Part shown: piece by piece, positions 26,851 through 41,315 of the stretch
Layout: each line of letters opens with the position of its first letter
How positions within the stretch are numbered: the first letter of the stretch is position 1
Assembly (NCBI GenBank): GCA_951406725.2
Contig: OX597814.1
Span: 108,314,001-108,378,000, forward strand
Origin: Octopus vulgaris
Taxonomy: Eukaryota
Reading direction: 5' to 3'
Length of the DNA: 64,000 nt
The notes under the pieces: model-generated
The model's input: only the letters and a program-made list of their open reading frames with translations
The model's database searches: none
What the model was told of the DNA's origin: nothing
Made by a program: the position numbers and the translations under genes

Positions 26851-28199
26851 TAAGTTTTAGAGTGTGGCAGGGGCAAGGGCAAAATAGGATAGGGGTAGGA
26901 TAAAAATTGGAAATGGGGTGGTAAGAAAATTTATCGATTCTGAAAAATGTATTTAAGCCAAGCGAGATTTTACCTTATATGGGCAATGGTATCAATAAAA
27001 ATTGGGTAAAAATGAGATTTTGCGAGAAGTGGTTAATTCTTTATGTGTTGTTGCATTGCAACAAGTCTGCTGGTCTGGGTACATTGGTTTTCTTCCAAAC
27101 CGAAACCAACCAACTTTCCAAGGAACCAATGCATTTTTATTGATGGACTCGCAAAGTTTCTCCAAAGTTTGTCCAAGTTTCTATTCTTGATGCAAAAGTA
27201 ACAAAATCAATAAATAAATTTTTTTTTTAATTCATGTATTTGTTGCAAAAACTAGTTTTAAGTTCCCTAAAATGTTTAATATCTTTGATGACAGTTTGGG
27301 AGATTACACTTCGTAAAAGACAAACAGAAACACGGCTTGGAGGCATTTACCAGATCATTCTTTAGAAACTTCATTTTCAAAGAATTTTCGTTTACAGGAC
27401 GTAACGGCTTTTTGTTTTTTTTTTTAAAAAAGAAAAAGCTCTCAAGATGACCAATTGCAACAAAGAAAACTATTGCTTGGAATTGGACATAGATAAGTTT
27501 CACGATTGTCTTTCACAATTTTCAGAAATATATATTTTTTTCATTGCTCTCTGGAAGTCAACTCGAGCAAAGATATCTTTAAAAATGGTGAAAATTCTCA
27601 AAATTACAATTTCATAATTATCAGGCTCCGTTGTGATCATGAGAATATAATCTGAAACTAAATGGGATTAGAAAATATTCTTCAATCCAACGTTTGAGAA
27701 AGACCAATTTCTTGATAATGTCTTTGGAATCTTGTAAGATTTTGTTACTTGTTTTCTTGCAGGCTCAAATATCTGTTCTGAGATAAACGATTGTTATTAA
27801 AGAACTAACTCTGAGCAAAGAATATCCAAAGAAATATTTAGCAATAGGGAAAGAATTTGGAATTCAATAAATAGAATGTTACAGGAAAGAATCGCAAGAC
27901 GGATTCTTCAAGCCAAGGTAACCGGCAGGTGACTTGGGAGCAAATCAAGAACGAGATGTTTGGATAGTATCCATTGTTTGTTATTCGCGCTTGGGAATCC
28001 AGCAGGAAAATCTAATGGCAATTGCTTCTGAAGTGACCAAATGGCGGAGGTACCTGTTGACTTTACCCCCAACAATCCTACTAAGAACTGTGAACAGAGA
28101 AGATGGATGGACGGATGGATAGATATAGTTGGTATCAAAATAGCTCCCAGGAAAAAGTTTTAGATCTCTATATAATAACCATTATCACCTGGCCGAGCT

Positions 28200-28500
28200 T
28201 GCTCGGACATTTTAAACCTGCGCACATCATTCATCTCGGCCCTGCATGAGTTGAGGGAGGTCTTCGGGAGGCATCCAATGTCTCTAGTGAGTTGATCTAC
28301 ATACGTTGTATTCGGACGATCAGCTCGAGTACAACCATGCTTTGACATCCATTGTAGTATGCCACTTGACAGCTCTTGTTTAGCTCGCTAGCAATGTCCT
28401 GCAAAGCGCAAGTGCTTTTCCCTTATAATGGTGGAAACAGCAGATCTTTATACAGCTGTTTCTTGGCGAGATGAGTTCTCTGAGATATTTAAGTTCCATC
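28200..28500 (-). mobile_element. RTE-clade LINE 3' remnant
   Basis: Degenerate peptide KHG...RPNTTYVDQLTRDIG, typical of the RTE ORF C-terminus. Confidence 0.6.
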
Positions 28501-28593
28501 TAACTTATATAGCAATAACCGGTATAAATATCGGTTGGTTGGGGGTTTTTTGGTTGATTCTGCTATCTACGTTTTACATCGCATAGATAGAAG

Positions 28594-28637
<44 letters not shown>

Positions 28638-29340
28638 GGAAGTAAAGTAGAGATAGAGTGAGAGGGAGAGTGGGAGAGAGAGTTAGCAGAAGAGGTGCAG
28701 GATGAGTGCTTATACTAGGCTTAACGGCAGGCGTTAGACACGCACGCACACACTGTGAGAGAGAAAGAATCATGGCGATACAGGAAAAAGAGGGAAGGGA
28801 GTAAATAAAACCGTAGTTAGAGGAGGAGTTACACAAACAAGAAATTCATTTTATTTAACATTATTTTAAGGCAATAAATATTTTTATTCTGAAAATTATC
28901 ATACGTTTCATCTTTGTGTATAAGCACCAAGAAATTTGATAAAAGGTAAATTAATAGTTATTATACGAATGCCCTATTTCCTGACATTACCCATGGTGGC
29001 AAAAATAGTCCCAAAGCTATCAGTCATACGACGGGAAACTCGCTTGTATTTTAATAACTGACTTTACCAGAAACAGAAAATGGTGTGAAAGATTGTATGG
29101 TCTTTTGTGAAGTCTGCGGTCTTCTGTCGCAATAGTTTTTTTGTAGCCACAAAGTTACCTTGTATATGTTTGCTTCAAATATTTCACGATGTATTCTAAA
29201 ACTAAAGAGAATGAAACCGTTCACTGGAAAAAAAAACCAATTATTAGTTTAATGGACAGCAAAATTTATTGCTTTCATTTATGAATTTACACTTGAAATT
29301 AAGGAATTAGCATTTTTACACATACACATACGCACGCACG

Positions 29341-29396
<56 letters not shown>

Positions 29397-29409
29397 ACAG
29401 GATAACAAA

Positions 29410-29830
29410 AAAGAAAACACCTACAGACGAAGTTGACCATATTGAGACTGATGGGTCAAAAGAATATTGGTAGAAATTAAAGATTAAAACAGCCACCAAG
29501 TTAAAACACAACTCTCCAGATATTATTGCATGGAACCACAAGGGAAAGATATGTTCTGTTGTGAAAATCGGCTGCCTTCTGGACACCATTGTGTTTAGAA
29601 AAATGTCTGAGAAAGCGGACATCAATGGACCGTTGATAAGGAGTTCGCAAATTTCGTGCCTAAAATACACTTCGAACTTCATTCCTATTATCGTTGGAAT
29701 AACAAGACACATACTAATTCGTCTGGAGCAAAATATGGCTGAATTTGGGATTTTGAGAAGAGAATCCAAATCCTTAATTCACATGCAACAAATGATGTAG
29801 ATATCTGGGATTATAAATATTTTCAAGATC
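29410..29830 (+). mobile_element. R4/Dong-like LINE restriction-like endonuclease remnant
   Basis: KLKHNSPDIIAWNHKGKICSVVKIGC...K...GPLIR...FIPIIVG resembles the REL endonuclease C-terminus; it abuts a (CA)n run. Confidence 0.65.
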
Positions 29831-31778
29831 TTATGATTTAAAGGATGATGGTTAAAGCAAAACGTTTTCCTTTACAACCTTGCTACCACATTACACATTT
29901 TAGTACATTTGTGGCAACAATGGATGCCTCTTGCAGCAGGAGTCCATAGCCCTGACCACCCGCACTGAGACATGACTTCACTCCATCATGAAGTTTTTTA
30001 TTGAGTGTTTTGCTTTTTCGATTATGCAAACGATAGTGTGCAATACATAATAGAGACGTTGAAAATCGAGCGATGCCTGTGTCTGAAGCTTTTTTAAAGA
30101 GAGGAAGTTCCTTGCACAGGACCAATCCCACTCTGTGAACAACGAATGCATTTTCCCAAAAAGAAGACCTAATTTACATCATTAGGTGCAAACAAAGTCA
30201 CAGGCGTTACACCAGAGTTTTCTCCTCCTAGAGAGATATCTAAAACAAAGCCTAAGGATCTCTCACTCTTAGCTGACTCAACTCAGTTCATCTGACCTTT
30301 GACACGTTGCTTATTGTCCTGCAGGGTGTCCAACAAAAAACATCCTCCTTACCAAACAGGTTTAGTAGGGTTGCCTGTATTGTGACCTGTCACCAGTATC
30401 ATACATATATACACATACATACGCATACACACATACATAAACACACACATGCATACACACAGACACACACACACACAGACATACACAGAGACACACACAC
30501 CTTGGTCGTTCGCTGAGTGTGACTTGGGAGCTTGTGCCACGCATTTTCTAATTGTTTTAGGTCCCAATACAGTCGGAAGCAGGCATAGTCGTTCTCTTGG
30601 CTCTCCCACCCATGACTTAGTGGAATATGAAGAATGTGACAATTGGAGAGAGAGAAAGAGAGGTGGGAGAAGGGAAAGAGAGGGAGGGATGCACCAATAT
30701 TTACCGGGTGGTCATGTTCATTTACATAACCCGAAGCAACGTGAAATGAAGCGCTTTATTCAATAACACAACACTACAATCGTTTTGGGAACCGAATCCA
30801 CAACTTAACGTAAATGATTTATCGACCCAACAAAGGGGTTTATATTTAATCTGTCGAACTCCTCCTAATGGGGTAACCAAGTGTTCCTTGCACTCTTTAA
30901 AATAGGGACCACATATAAGTGTTAAATCTTAGGGCAACGTAATAATAAAGACAAGAATTCCAATAAAACGGAATGTCTTGTGAGCTACAGGGATTGACTA
31001 CTAGAGGGCAGACAAGGCAGTACTCCATAGTATGGTCTGTTCCTTCGCGTTTACTGGTTGTTGGGCCGGTCTTGTAGCTTCCATCTAACCAAAGTAACTT
31101 TTGATCGTCCCGTTCTCAATTGAATGTCTTCCAATGGAATCCATAACGTTTCTGAGCCAGGGAGGTGGTCTTTAGCAGGAGTTGGGGTCCCATGTCATTT
31201 AGAGGAATGTCATTCCAATCGGAGCCAGAGTTTGGTTTCTTACCGAGATATTGTCAGGATTGATCGGACGAAGATGTTACATTCCAGAGAAGGACATAGT
31301 TTGCTCAATTAAGTTCGTATCATCAGTTCGTTAGGCTGACTAGGGCCACTCAACGCCAGTGATAGCAGTTGTTTAATAAGGGTTTCTATTTTTGGTACAA
31401 GGCCAGCAATTTCGGGAGAAGAGGGTAAGTCGATTACATTGACCCCAATACCTAACTGGTGCTTATTTTCTTGACCCCGAAAGGTTGAAAGGCAAAGTTC
31501 ACCTCAATGGAATTTGAATTCAGAACGTAAAGATGAAGGAAAGCTGTCAAGCCAGTTTGCTCGGCGGGCTAATAATTCTGCCAGCTCGCTGCCTACCACT
31601 CCTTTAATAATAATATCGTTGGAGTCTCTATGCGGCCGTTCGACCTATTACAAATAGCAACCAAATCTCCCTCAGATCACGGGTTTCTGTCGTTAAAGAA
31701 AGGAATCAGGAAGTCTTATCATTTTCTCCTTATCACAGGTTTTGTTGGAGCTCATGGAGGCTTTCATGCGTAGGAGTC

Positions 31779-31843
<65 letters not shown>

Positions 31844-32087
31844 CATTATTATCATTCTATGTTTGACTTTGGATTTATATTTGTACAAGTTGGCTCCAAG
31901 TCTCACCCAGAGACCTCAAGAGACAATAGGTTGGAAGTTCGTGATGTTGTTATACCTAGTGTGCCATATATTTGGTTTTGTATTTAGCGTTGTACTAGTG
32001 AATGTCAAAAAAAAAACGAAAATTATGTTTGTTTTAAAACTTGAGATTACATAGAAAGTATTTTGCGTAGGATATGAGCAGTTCCCA

Positions 32088-32163
<76 letters not shown>

Positions 32164-32460
32164 TTTATTTTTATTATTATTGGTATTATCATTTGACGAA
32201 AATTTTCAGCTTATTTTGCTGGGTATGATGGAAAGCATCAGTTGCCCACAGCCAGCAGACTAAGGTGACACTTGTTTACTGGTCATGCTTCAAGAACCCT
32301 GTGAAGAATTCTTGCAGTTGCAAGCAATGTTGATTTTTGTAGGTGTTCTTAAAAACAGTTTGATTTGACCCCATGCAACTTATTTCTTACAGAAACCTAA
32401 CTCTCTCACGCACAGATAACCGAATGGAGAGATACAGAGTCGAATACGCGCGTGCATATT

Positions 32461-32535
<75 letters not shown>

Positions 32536-33739
32536 TAGGGCTTTTGTCGATGACCGTATATCCACAGATATACTTTTGCTAGTGCAAGGTTTTTCAGGAA
32601 GACTGGCAGTTGGCCGGCCATGCATGGAAGTCTTCTGCCCTCTTCGCCACCTACGTTCATTCAAAGGTTAAACCTTGCCAACTCGGACAGATACAGCTTG
32701 GTACCAGTGTCGTCGCAGGAGTTGCTGTCAGAACACAAAGGGCTGGAACAAACATCATAAGAGATCTTGTCCAATCCTCAAACAGTTCCGCTAATCCCCC
32801 ATCTTGGATTGATACTGTTTTTATCAATCCTGAAACGATGGAAAGCAAAGATGACCTCAGCATGATTTGAACTCAAAACGTAACCTCCCGAAGAATTCCA
32901 AGGGGCATTCTATCCAAAGTTGGTTGGATAGTAGCAAACTAGAGGCATCGTATGTAGGGAATAACTAGTTAGGAGAATGTTCCTGTTGAAGATAAAAGCC
33001 TCCAATAGGGACTTAATAAAGGATTTGGTTAAGGCCGTGAACACGCCGGGCAAAATGCTCAGCGGCGTTTCGTTAGTCTTTGCATTCTGCGTTCAAATTG
33101 CACCGAAGTCTAATTTGTCTTTCATCTTTTCCTAGTTGATAAAATAAGTACCAGTTGATCATTGGGGTCAATGTAATCAATTTACCACGCACCCCTGAAA
33201 TTGCTGGTATTGTGCCAAAATTTGAAACCAATAAAGACTTTGGTTCCAAGTTCCATTACTAAGTACAGCAGAAATCTGAAAAAAGACGGGGAATAGAGCG
33301 ACCGAAATGATGTGATTCTAACAACCGAAATGAAGACACTAATTTGAATATACCAAAGTATAAAAATAGCAATTCCTCGTCAGAAATACAGAGAAAATTT
33401 ATCTAAAAACCATGATTTCTTCTATTTTCTTATAATGTTAAAAGTGTGAGACAATCATAGTATAAGATGAATAAAAAAAGCTGAACCAATCAAAAGTATT
33501 GAATCAAAGCAACGTATTTAGGACGTAAGTTAAATAAAATGCAATGACCGGCTGCATTTTTTTTTTCTTTGATGGACTCAACAACAATGAAGTGGGGAAA
33601 TATTAAAATTGGTTGGGTTTGTCTTTTTTTTCCCTTTTATTTCCTGGACCCCGAAGGAGGATCTGAACCCATAGCCTTTTCAGGCCCTTCCAGACCGGCG
33701 AGATTGATATTTAAACTCAAGAACTTCTTTTAATCAGAT

Positions 33740-34300
33740 GCGCATGACTCTCTACAGGACCTCTAAAAGCTTATAGAAGGAAGAAAAGAACGCGTCTTCA
33801 AACCTCAAACCTTCATTGTGTCTTTTCTGCAGGCATTTCCATGGTTATTGCTCTAACGAATTTTCTGGTTTGGTGCCCTCTGTCAAGACTTTTAAGCATG
33901 TCAGCCGCTTCTCTTTCCAGGCGCAGCGTCTCTCTAAGCTTCCTGTTAGTCATAAATCTTTTTATTCTAATAGCTTCTTTCCTAGAACTGTTGCTTTCTA
34001 GAACTCACTATAATAATTTTGTTTTGCTCTGGTTTGTGATATCCAGTTCTTTAAGCTTTCTGTCAATCAGGGATGGACTGAGTCGTTGGTCAATCGGACA
34101 CTGCCCGAGGGCCCGGAGCTCTGCGGGGCCCGCACGCTACATGTTAACTCTACTAAAACACACATTCAAAGGGTCCCAGTAAACAGTTATGCCCGAGGGT
34201 CCTTAATACTCTCAGACCGCCCCTGCTGTCAATTAACACCTATTGAATTTATAGGTCTCTTCTTTCCCGTTTTTGTAGTGTCTTATGCTTGCAACAGAAT
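33740..34300 (+). mobile_element. LINE 3' remnant (CR1/Jockey-like), interrupted by a hAT MITE
   Basis: Peptide LFCRHFHGYCSNE...FYSNSFFPRT. Confidence 0.55.
34068..34225. mobile_element. hAT MITE with 8-bp TSD
   Basis: ctgtcaat|cagggatggactgag...ctcagaccgcccctg|ctgtcaat. Confidence 0.85.
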
Positions 34301-37300
34301 AGACACTGTTTAAGAAAAGTTAAAACTGATGGTTACTTCCATTTCCTTAGCGTTAAGAAGATGAGAAATGAACCATCCCCTGGAAAGGATTATAGTGTTT
34401 CGCTGATATACTTTCCCAACGGGACAAAATAGCTTCAGCACAATAAGCCAACGAATAAAATGTTTGTTCCACAACATATTGGTCACCTACAAAAGGTATT
34501 CGTACCTATTTCTTTACTATCCACAAGGGGCTAAACATAGAGGGGACAAACGGATTAAGTCGATTATATCGACCCCAGTGCGTAACTGGTACTTAATTTA
34601 TCGACCCCGAAAGGATGAAAGGCAAAGTCGACCTCGGCGGAATTTGAACTTAGAACGTAGCGGCAGACGAAATACTGCTAAGCATTTCGACCAGCGTGCT
34701 AACGATTCTGCCATACCACTCACGGAATAAACTGATGGAGGCACTATAGGGTCACTCGAACTGCTAGAAACGACTGCTAAATCTTCCTCAAAAAGGAAGT
34801 AAGATATTGGATAATGTTGGAGAGAGGGACAGAATGAGCAAAGCTGAAATACTTTTGGTTATTGTCTGCTGTCAAGACTGACTCAGAGTTAAACTATTAC
34901 AACTAACAGCTAAATGAATTCAGTCTCTGCTAAATGAATTCAGTCTCTGTCACGGCGCTAGTGACAACATTGATCCAATGACCTAATGGTTTGTTATTCA
35001 GCACCTTACCGTCTTGGCCATGTATATTTTCACTTACAGGTAACACGTGGTCGCTCAACCCGTTTTAGCACCTAGGGACTCTACTGCCTTAATGATAGAG
35101 CACAATGTTACGCAATGCAGCCTATAAACATACATACAGATATATGCATGCACACGTGTGTTTAGAATATACATACACACACGCATACGCACACACACAC
35201 ATACATACACACACATATATATACATACATACACACACATATACATACATACTCACACACACATACTTACACACACATATATACATACATACTCACACAC
35301 ACATACACACACGTACATATACACATACACACTCTCTCTCTCTCTCTCCCTCTCTCTTTCACTAGATATATATGGCTGCCATGCCTTTGATCATGTCTGC
35401 TTGAACAAAGTTGACCTGGGGGATAAGATATCTCCACCACCACCACCACCACCACCACCATCACTATCACAACAACAGCTACTGCCACCACCACCACCAC
35501 CACCACCACACAACAACAACAACAACAACAACAGTAACAATAGCATAGGACTTGTGTTCTTATGACAGCTTCACTGGTTACATTACATTCGACCATTTTA
35601 ATTCAGTGTCAAATATATTTGAACGAAGTTAGCACAGAAGATCTCGTCTGTGTCTAGAGAAAGGAAATTCTTGAAAGGAATACTCGATGGTTTCCTCTGT
35701 AGATTAGACAAAAGGAGAATTTAACGTCAGTAATGGTGGAGATGAGTTTGGATTAATAGACTTTAATGGCGCAGTGTTTTAGCTGTCTGGAGAGGAAGGA
35801 GTGGCGTAGCGTGGAGTAGCTACTATACACACGAGGGTTTGCTGTAGTCGAAGGTATGTTAGGTTTGAGGGAAAAGGGTGACGGGTCTGGCCATTGCACA
35901 CGGCAGCCGAACTGAGAGGAATCATCTTTTTACGTTTAGTCAAAAGAGAAAAAATATTTTTTTTTATTTCGAGTTTGACTATTGAGAGGATTTTCAGCAG
36001 TGCGTCTGAGATGCACCAAGAATAAGTAAATGGAGTTAAATTTGTATTTTCGAATTCGATAATTGTACCGTCGTTTCCATTATCATTTGGTTAACCTGTC
36101 TCATTGGCACTATTATAATTCCTTCAAGAGCAAGGCTTTCTCTTCAAACCGTTGCTGATCTGGCACAAAGCACAAACATACACCTTAAGAGTGGACCTTC
36201 AACACTCAAAATAGCCATAAAAACACAGGTCATCTGACTGGTTTTAAAATCTTCTTGTCATGAAAACTATACGGTAATCGCCGTACTGAATACTCCCTAT
36301 TTTCTACTGTTATTTCAATGGCTTCTTCCCCGAACAAGGTGCATACCAACGTCCATACCAGCTTTTCTAACACACCCGTCTCTCTTCTTTTGCACAGTGA
36401 CCCAACCCTCAAGTTTTTCACTAAAAACTCCTTCGACACATACCGCTTTCCCAAAACTGCAACCGTCTTCCAACCAAACAATTTATAAAAAGTTTAAAGT
36501 GAACATCAATGAAATAAACTCGTATCATAATCTGGAAGAGATTGCAATGGCTACACACACGGTACGTCTTGCTCGGACAAATAACAAACCAAGAACGATA
36601 ACTTGGCCGAAATTAGCTTTGTCATAGATATTACGACACTGGTACGGCATTAAAACAACAATCATTGCAACAGCAACAGTTGTAAACCAATCATTGCTTG
36701 CACAAGCTAGCAATGCCATTATTATTATTACTATTAATAATAACAATCATCTTATATTGAACGGTGTTAACATCACTTCTATTATAAGCACATCCGTCTC
36801 GTTACTACTACTACTACTACTAGTACCGCCACTACCATTGCCACCCACGTCACCGTCGCTGCTGCTGCTACTACACTATATCACCCGCGTCACCGCTTAA
36901 CAATCCCTGTTGCCACCACCACCACCCACAATCTACAACAACTACTACTACTACTACCACTTTATATTAATAACGTCGCCATCATGCTATAAGCACCACC
37001 ATCTCTGCGGCGTTGCTGCTGCTGCTACTACTACCACTATAACTGCTACTGCTGCTGCTACTACTACAACTACTACTACTAATAATAATGATGATAATAA
37101 TAGTTAATGATAAAATATTCCTTTCACCAAACAATGAAATAACAGCTTTGTTTGTAACATGGCTTCAAAAATATAGCCATCACCTTAAGTTGATCTGATC
37201 TTCGAGACTTTATCCAACGTCTGTTCGTGTATTAAACGATATAGCGCTCTACCAGCTTATACATATAATAATATGGTCGTGTGCTTTCCCCTTGTTTTAA

Positions 37301-37357
37301 GAGATATGGTTCAACATATTTTGCCTGTGTATATGTGTGTTTTACCACCACGGAACA

Positions 37358-37422
<65 letters not shown>

Positions 37423-38248
37423 CATATATATGTATATATATTTCTATATATATATATATATATACATATATAATATTTCTATATATATATATATAGAGAG
37501 AGAGATAAATGTGCGTGTGTATATATATAGAGAGATAGATAGATATATAAATGTGTGTATATATATATGCGTGTGTGTGAATGTGTGTATGTATGTATAA
37601 TGATATACATGCAGCTCAAAGTCAACTGCATAACGTAGCTCAGTCAGCTATTCCATTCCCACAATTCCACTTCCGGTACACTCTATACACTAGCCTATGT
37701 ACACTGCCCTTCCTTATCTACATATTATTTGAAGTGGTTGTTGTTGGCTGGCTCACTGGCTTGTTGGCTGGTTGGTTGGTTGGCTGGTTGGCTGGCTGGT
37801 TTTGTTCTGTCTTTCTAAATCCGCCATTACATCAAAATTCCAATGAGAGGTTAAAAACGATGACATCCCTAATCAAACTTCTTTACATATGAACAAGAAC
37901 AGATTAACTCAGTGGTTATGAACCATTCGTCGTGTTTGTGAATGGCATTGAAGAGCGGGGGTGGGGGTGTGTGGGGTGGAAGCTAATGGTGGTAGTAGTG
38001 GTGGAGATGGTGGTAGTAATGGTGGGAGGAGAAGGAAAAAGAAAAAAGAGAGAGGCGGAGGCGTTGTTGCAGCAACAGTAACAGAAGCAATAAACATCGA
38101 CAGCCGCAAGAGCAGCAGCTACATCATCATCATCATCATCAGTAGTTGTAGTAGTAGTGGCAATAGTAGTAGTTATTGTTGTCATAGCAGCAAAAAACCC
38201 CGCCGTTGTAGTTGCGGTAGCGAGAACACAAACAGCAGCAGCAACAAC

Positions 38249-38292
<44 letters not shown>

Positions 38293-39290
38293 CAGTAGCA
38301 GCAGCAGCAGCAGCAGCCGTAGCAGTAGTAGTTAGTAGCTATTTTTGGACCAGCCACAAGGTCATCTCCAGAATAAAAAGAAAGGAAAAAGGAAAAAAGA
38401 CGGCATCGAAGGAATTAGAACTCAGAACAATGATGTTCCCATCTACAAATCACAAGATATCAGGTATTGAAGGCTCTATTAACTTAAGAGCTCACCGGTA
38501 CCCTAATAACCTCTTTCATTTTTTTTCGTCTAGACACATAAACCTTGGAGAAGAGAAATAAGCTTTTTAGCCCTAGGCCAGTTCTCATCAGTGACCATTC
38601 TAATCATAACCAAACCGGATTTTTCTTCTGGAATTACGTGTCAATTTGTCTTTTAAGAAGACGTTAATGTATAGTCGGGGGGGGGGGGGAGATTTGACTG
38701 TTATTTCTAGCAGTCACGTTGTGACTAATTCCTTGGGAGAAATGGGTTGTTGTGACATTCGTACTGTTCACTGCCGCTTTGGTAATCTTAGTGAAATGGA
38801 AATAGCTCCAACCAGGGATTGATCTCAGATCTGAGAAGTTGACACTCCGAAAACTTAGCGTTTGATGATCCTCTCTTGCACTATTTGAAGAAATTCAAGA
38901 AGCGGAAATGGAGGCTGTGGCGTTCATGTCTTTCCCAAACTAATATTATAAACTGCAGTAAATGTGATTTCAGACGTCTACCGTAAGGTATGTGCGTGAG
39001 AAGATATACGTGATGCTGTGAGGTTCATGCTTTTCCAATAGGTATTAACATTGCAATTCAAGTGAAACGATTTCATACAATCTGGATTTGGAAGTCTGCT
39101 AGCTGATGGTTTACCCTTATGGTATGGTGCCAAGAGAACTCCACTCACCGTGGGACCATATTTAGGATTCAATTTGATGTGTTACCCTAGGTATTGTTGT
39201 TGTTGTTTTGCCTTAGGCCAGGAGAAATCCAGCATTTGACCAACCCTTGGTATTTCTAGAATCGTATAATATGGACTATATTATCTAGAT

Positions 39291-39618
39291 CAGAGGTCCT
39301 CAAACTTTTTGGGCCACTGCCCCTCCTCATGGCCACATAATACCCTCAGCGCCTCACCCCTATTTTTATGTATAAATAAATATTTTACATTTTACTAATT
39401 TATGTTGCCATGAATCATTTGATATTTAATATAATATTATATGATTTGTATACAATACTATAATAATATTATAATAAATTCATAGCATCCCCCAATTCAC
39501 TGCATTCCTCCCAACGCCTCCTTTTTCTCTACCTCCCCGTTAGGTACCAGCGCCCACCTGGACCATCTCAACACTCACCGAGGAGGGGGGGAGGTAGCGC
39601 CCACTTTGAGAACCTATG
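39291..39618. mobile_element. hAT-Charlie-like MITE with 8-bp TSD
   Basis: atctagat|cagaggtcctcaaact...tttgagaacctatg|atctagat. Confidence 0.85.
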
Positions 39619-39854
39619 ATCTAGATGTTCTTGAGACAGTCGGGCCCAAACGTGGGAGGTTTAACTGCTATTCTTAACAGATTACATGACTACATAGAGG
39701 TTATATACTTCTGTATGTTTGTTTTGGGTTAAAAATGGGTTAAAAAAAAACTGAATTATTTGTCCAAAGGGAAAATATCAGATAAAAGGAAAGTGGGGGT
39801 AATATCCCTGATCTCTACCGACGATACAAAGAACATAACTGGGTATATATTCCA

Positions 39855-40254
39855 CTGTAAATTCTCACTATATATTACACGCTCACGTGGTCGCACCGTT
39901 TTTATCCTGTCTCCACCTCATAACACTTCGAACTTTTCTTGGACTATTCTACTTCGATTCTCTACCGGGACTTTCTTCTACTCTCCTACACTCGGACTCC
40001 TACACATCGGCCACACCTCTCCTACCCATGGATTACACTGGACTCTTCCTTTGATGAGATATCGCTCCAATACACCACGACGTTTGAACCTTTTGAACTT
40101 TTCTATTTATGTGTTCCTTTCCGTCGAAGAGCGTAGGCTCGAAATGTAAAAGACTTTCTCACTTCCCGAACGTTAAACTAATACATCTGTTTGTTCTTTA
40201 CACACCCGTCTTCGTCTTTTGATTTTTTTTTGTAAATTCTCACTATATATTCCA
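39855..40254 (+). mobile_element. About 400-bp non-coding Penelope/retrozyme-like insertion with terminal redundancy and a hammerhead at 40117-40152
   Basis: tgtaaattctcactatatatt at both 39856 and 40231; tatatattcca at 39844 and 40244; cttt CCGTCGA a GAGC gtag GCTC GAAA tg TA aaag; the 3' part is homologous to 17361-17510(-). Confidence 0.7.
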
Positions 40255-41071
40255 TTTCATTAGTGTACACACACACACACACACACACACTTACAGAAAA
40301 CAACAGAACATGTATCTATATGTAGGAATGGTCCTTAGATTAATGCCACCACGAACAAATTGGATTTTGGCGCCCTTACGAAAATCATTTTTGAAAAAAT
40401 TTCAGGAGCTTATTGGTACAAGGAGCCAATATTGGTACAAGGCTAGCATCCTTAGGGAAAGGGCTATGTGGATTACATCGACCCAAGTACTCAACTGGTA
40501 CTTATTTTATCGACCCTGTAAGGATGAAAGGCAAACCCGACCTCAGTGGAATCTGAACTGAGAACGTAAAGACGAATAAAATACCGCTTAGCATTTTTGT
40601 CCGGCGTGCTAACGATTCTGTCAGCTCGCCGCTTTTAACGGAACTCATAACGAGACCAAAACGATTTGCGAGGAAATACAAAAAGTAGATTTTGGTATCT
40701 CTAGCAAGCGAAACGAATATGTAAATACTTGAAAGCCACTTAATTAAATGGTCTTTTTTTAATAACACATATTTGATTTCTCCTTATATTTGTTGAAAGA
40801 TGTAACTTTTTATACCGGCGACATTTTTGTTTAAACTATCGCGAGTGGCGGCGTGTTGTTGGCCGGTCTGAGGTGATGACTGCTGGACTTCATGAATGAA
40901 AATGTCTTCCTTGGTCTGCATGAAGAAGTAACTGACAACATGCGCGAACAATTAACAGAAGATTTTATCATTGTACATAAAGTTTAACTGTCTAAGTCTT
41001 TTACAAATAGGAATAGCTATAATTTCGTTTTTGGATTTGGTTTGCAATATGAGTTCGTGTGTTGAAGCATA

Positions 41072-41315
41072 TTCTGTTGTGTCTGGGGAGAGTCATTTTC
41101 TTTTTGTGCCTTATTATGTAACACACTCACCGGTAAAATTTCCACTTTTTTCTTATTTTTATTGTCCTAAAATTTTCGTTGCGTCTTGCAACCTTTTCAA
41201 TAGTTTTGACTCTATTTTAGGACAATAAAAATAAGAGAAAAGTGGAAATTTTACCGGTGAGTGTGTTACATAATAAGGCACAAAAGGAAAATGACTCTCC
41301 CCAAACACAACAGAA
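41072..41315. repeat. Inverted repeat, 102-bp arms and 40-bp loop (Penelope-like fold-back)
   Basis: 41072-41173 is the near-perfect reverse complement of 41214-41315. Confidence 0.9.
41167..41203 (-). ncRNA. Minimal hammerhead ribozyme with U3-A8 compensatory core
   Basis: Minus strand: cta TTGAAAA g GTTGC aagac GCAAC GAAA at TT tag. Confidence 0.6.

Noticed and set aside
35660-36630. Possible LINE ORF1 remnant on the minus strand
   Set aside because: Too degenerate to assign from the sequence alone
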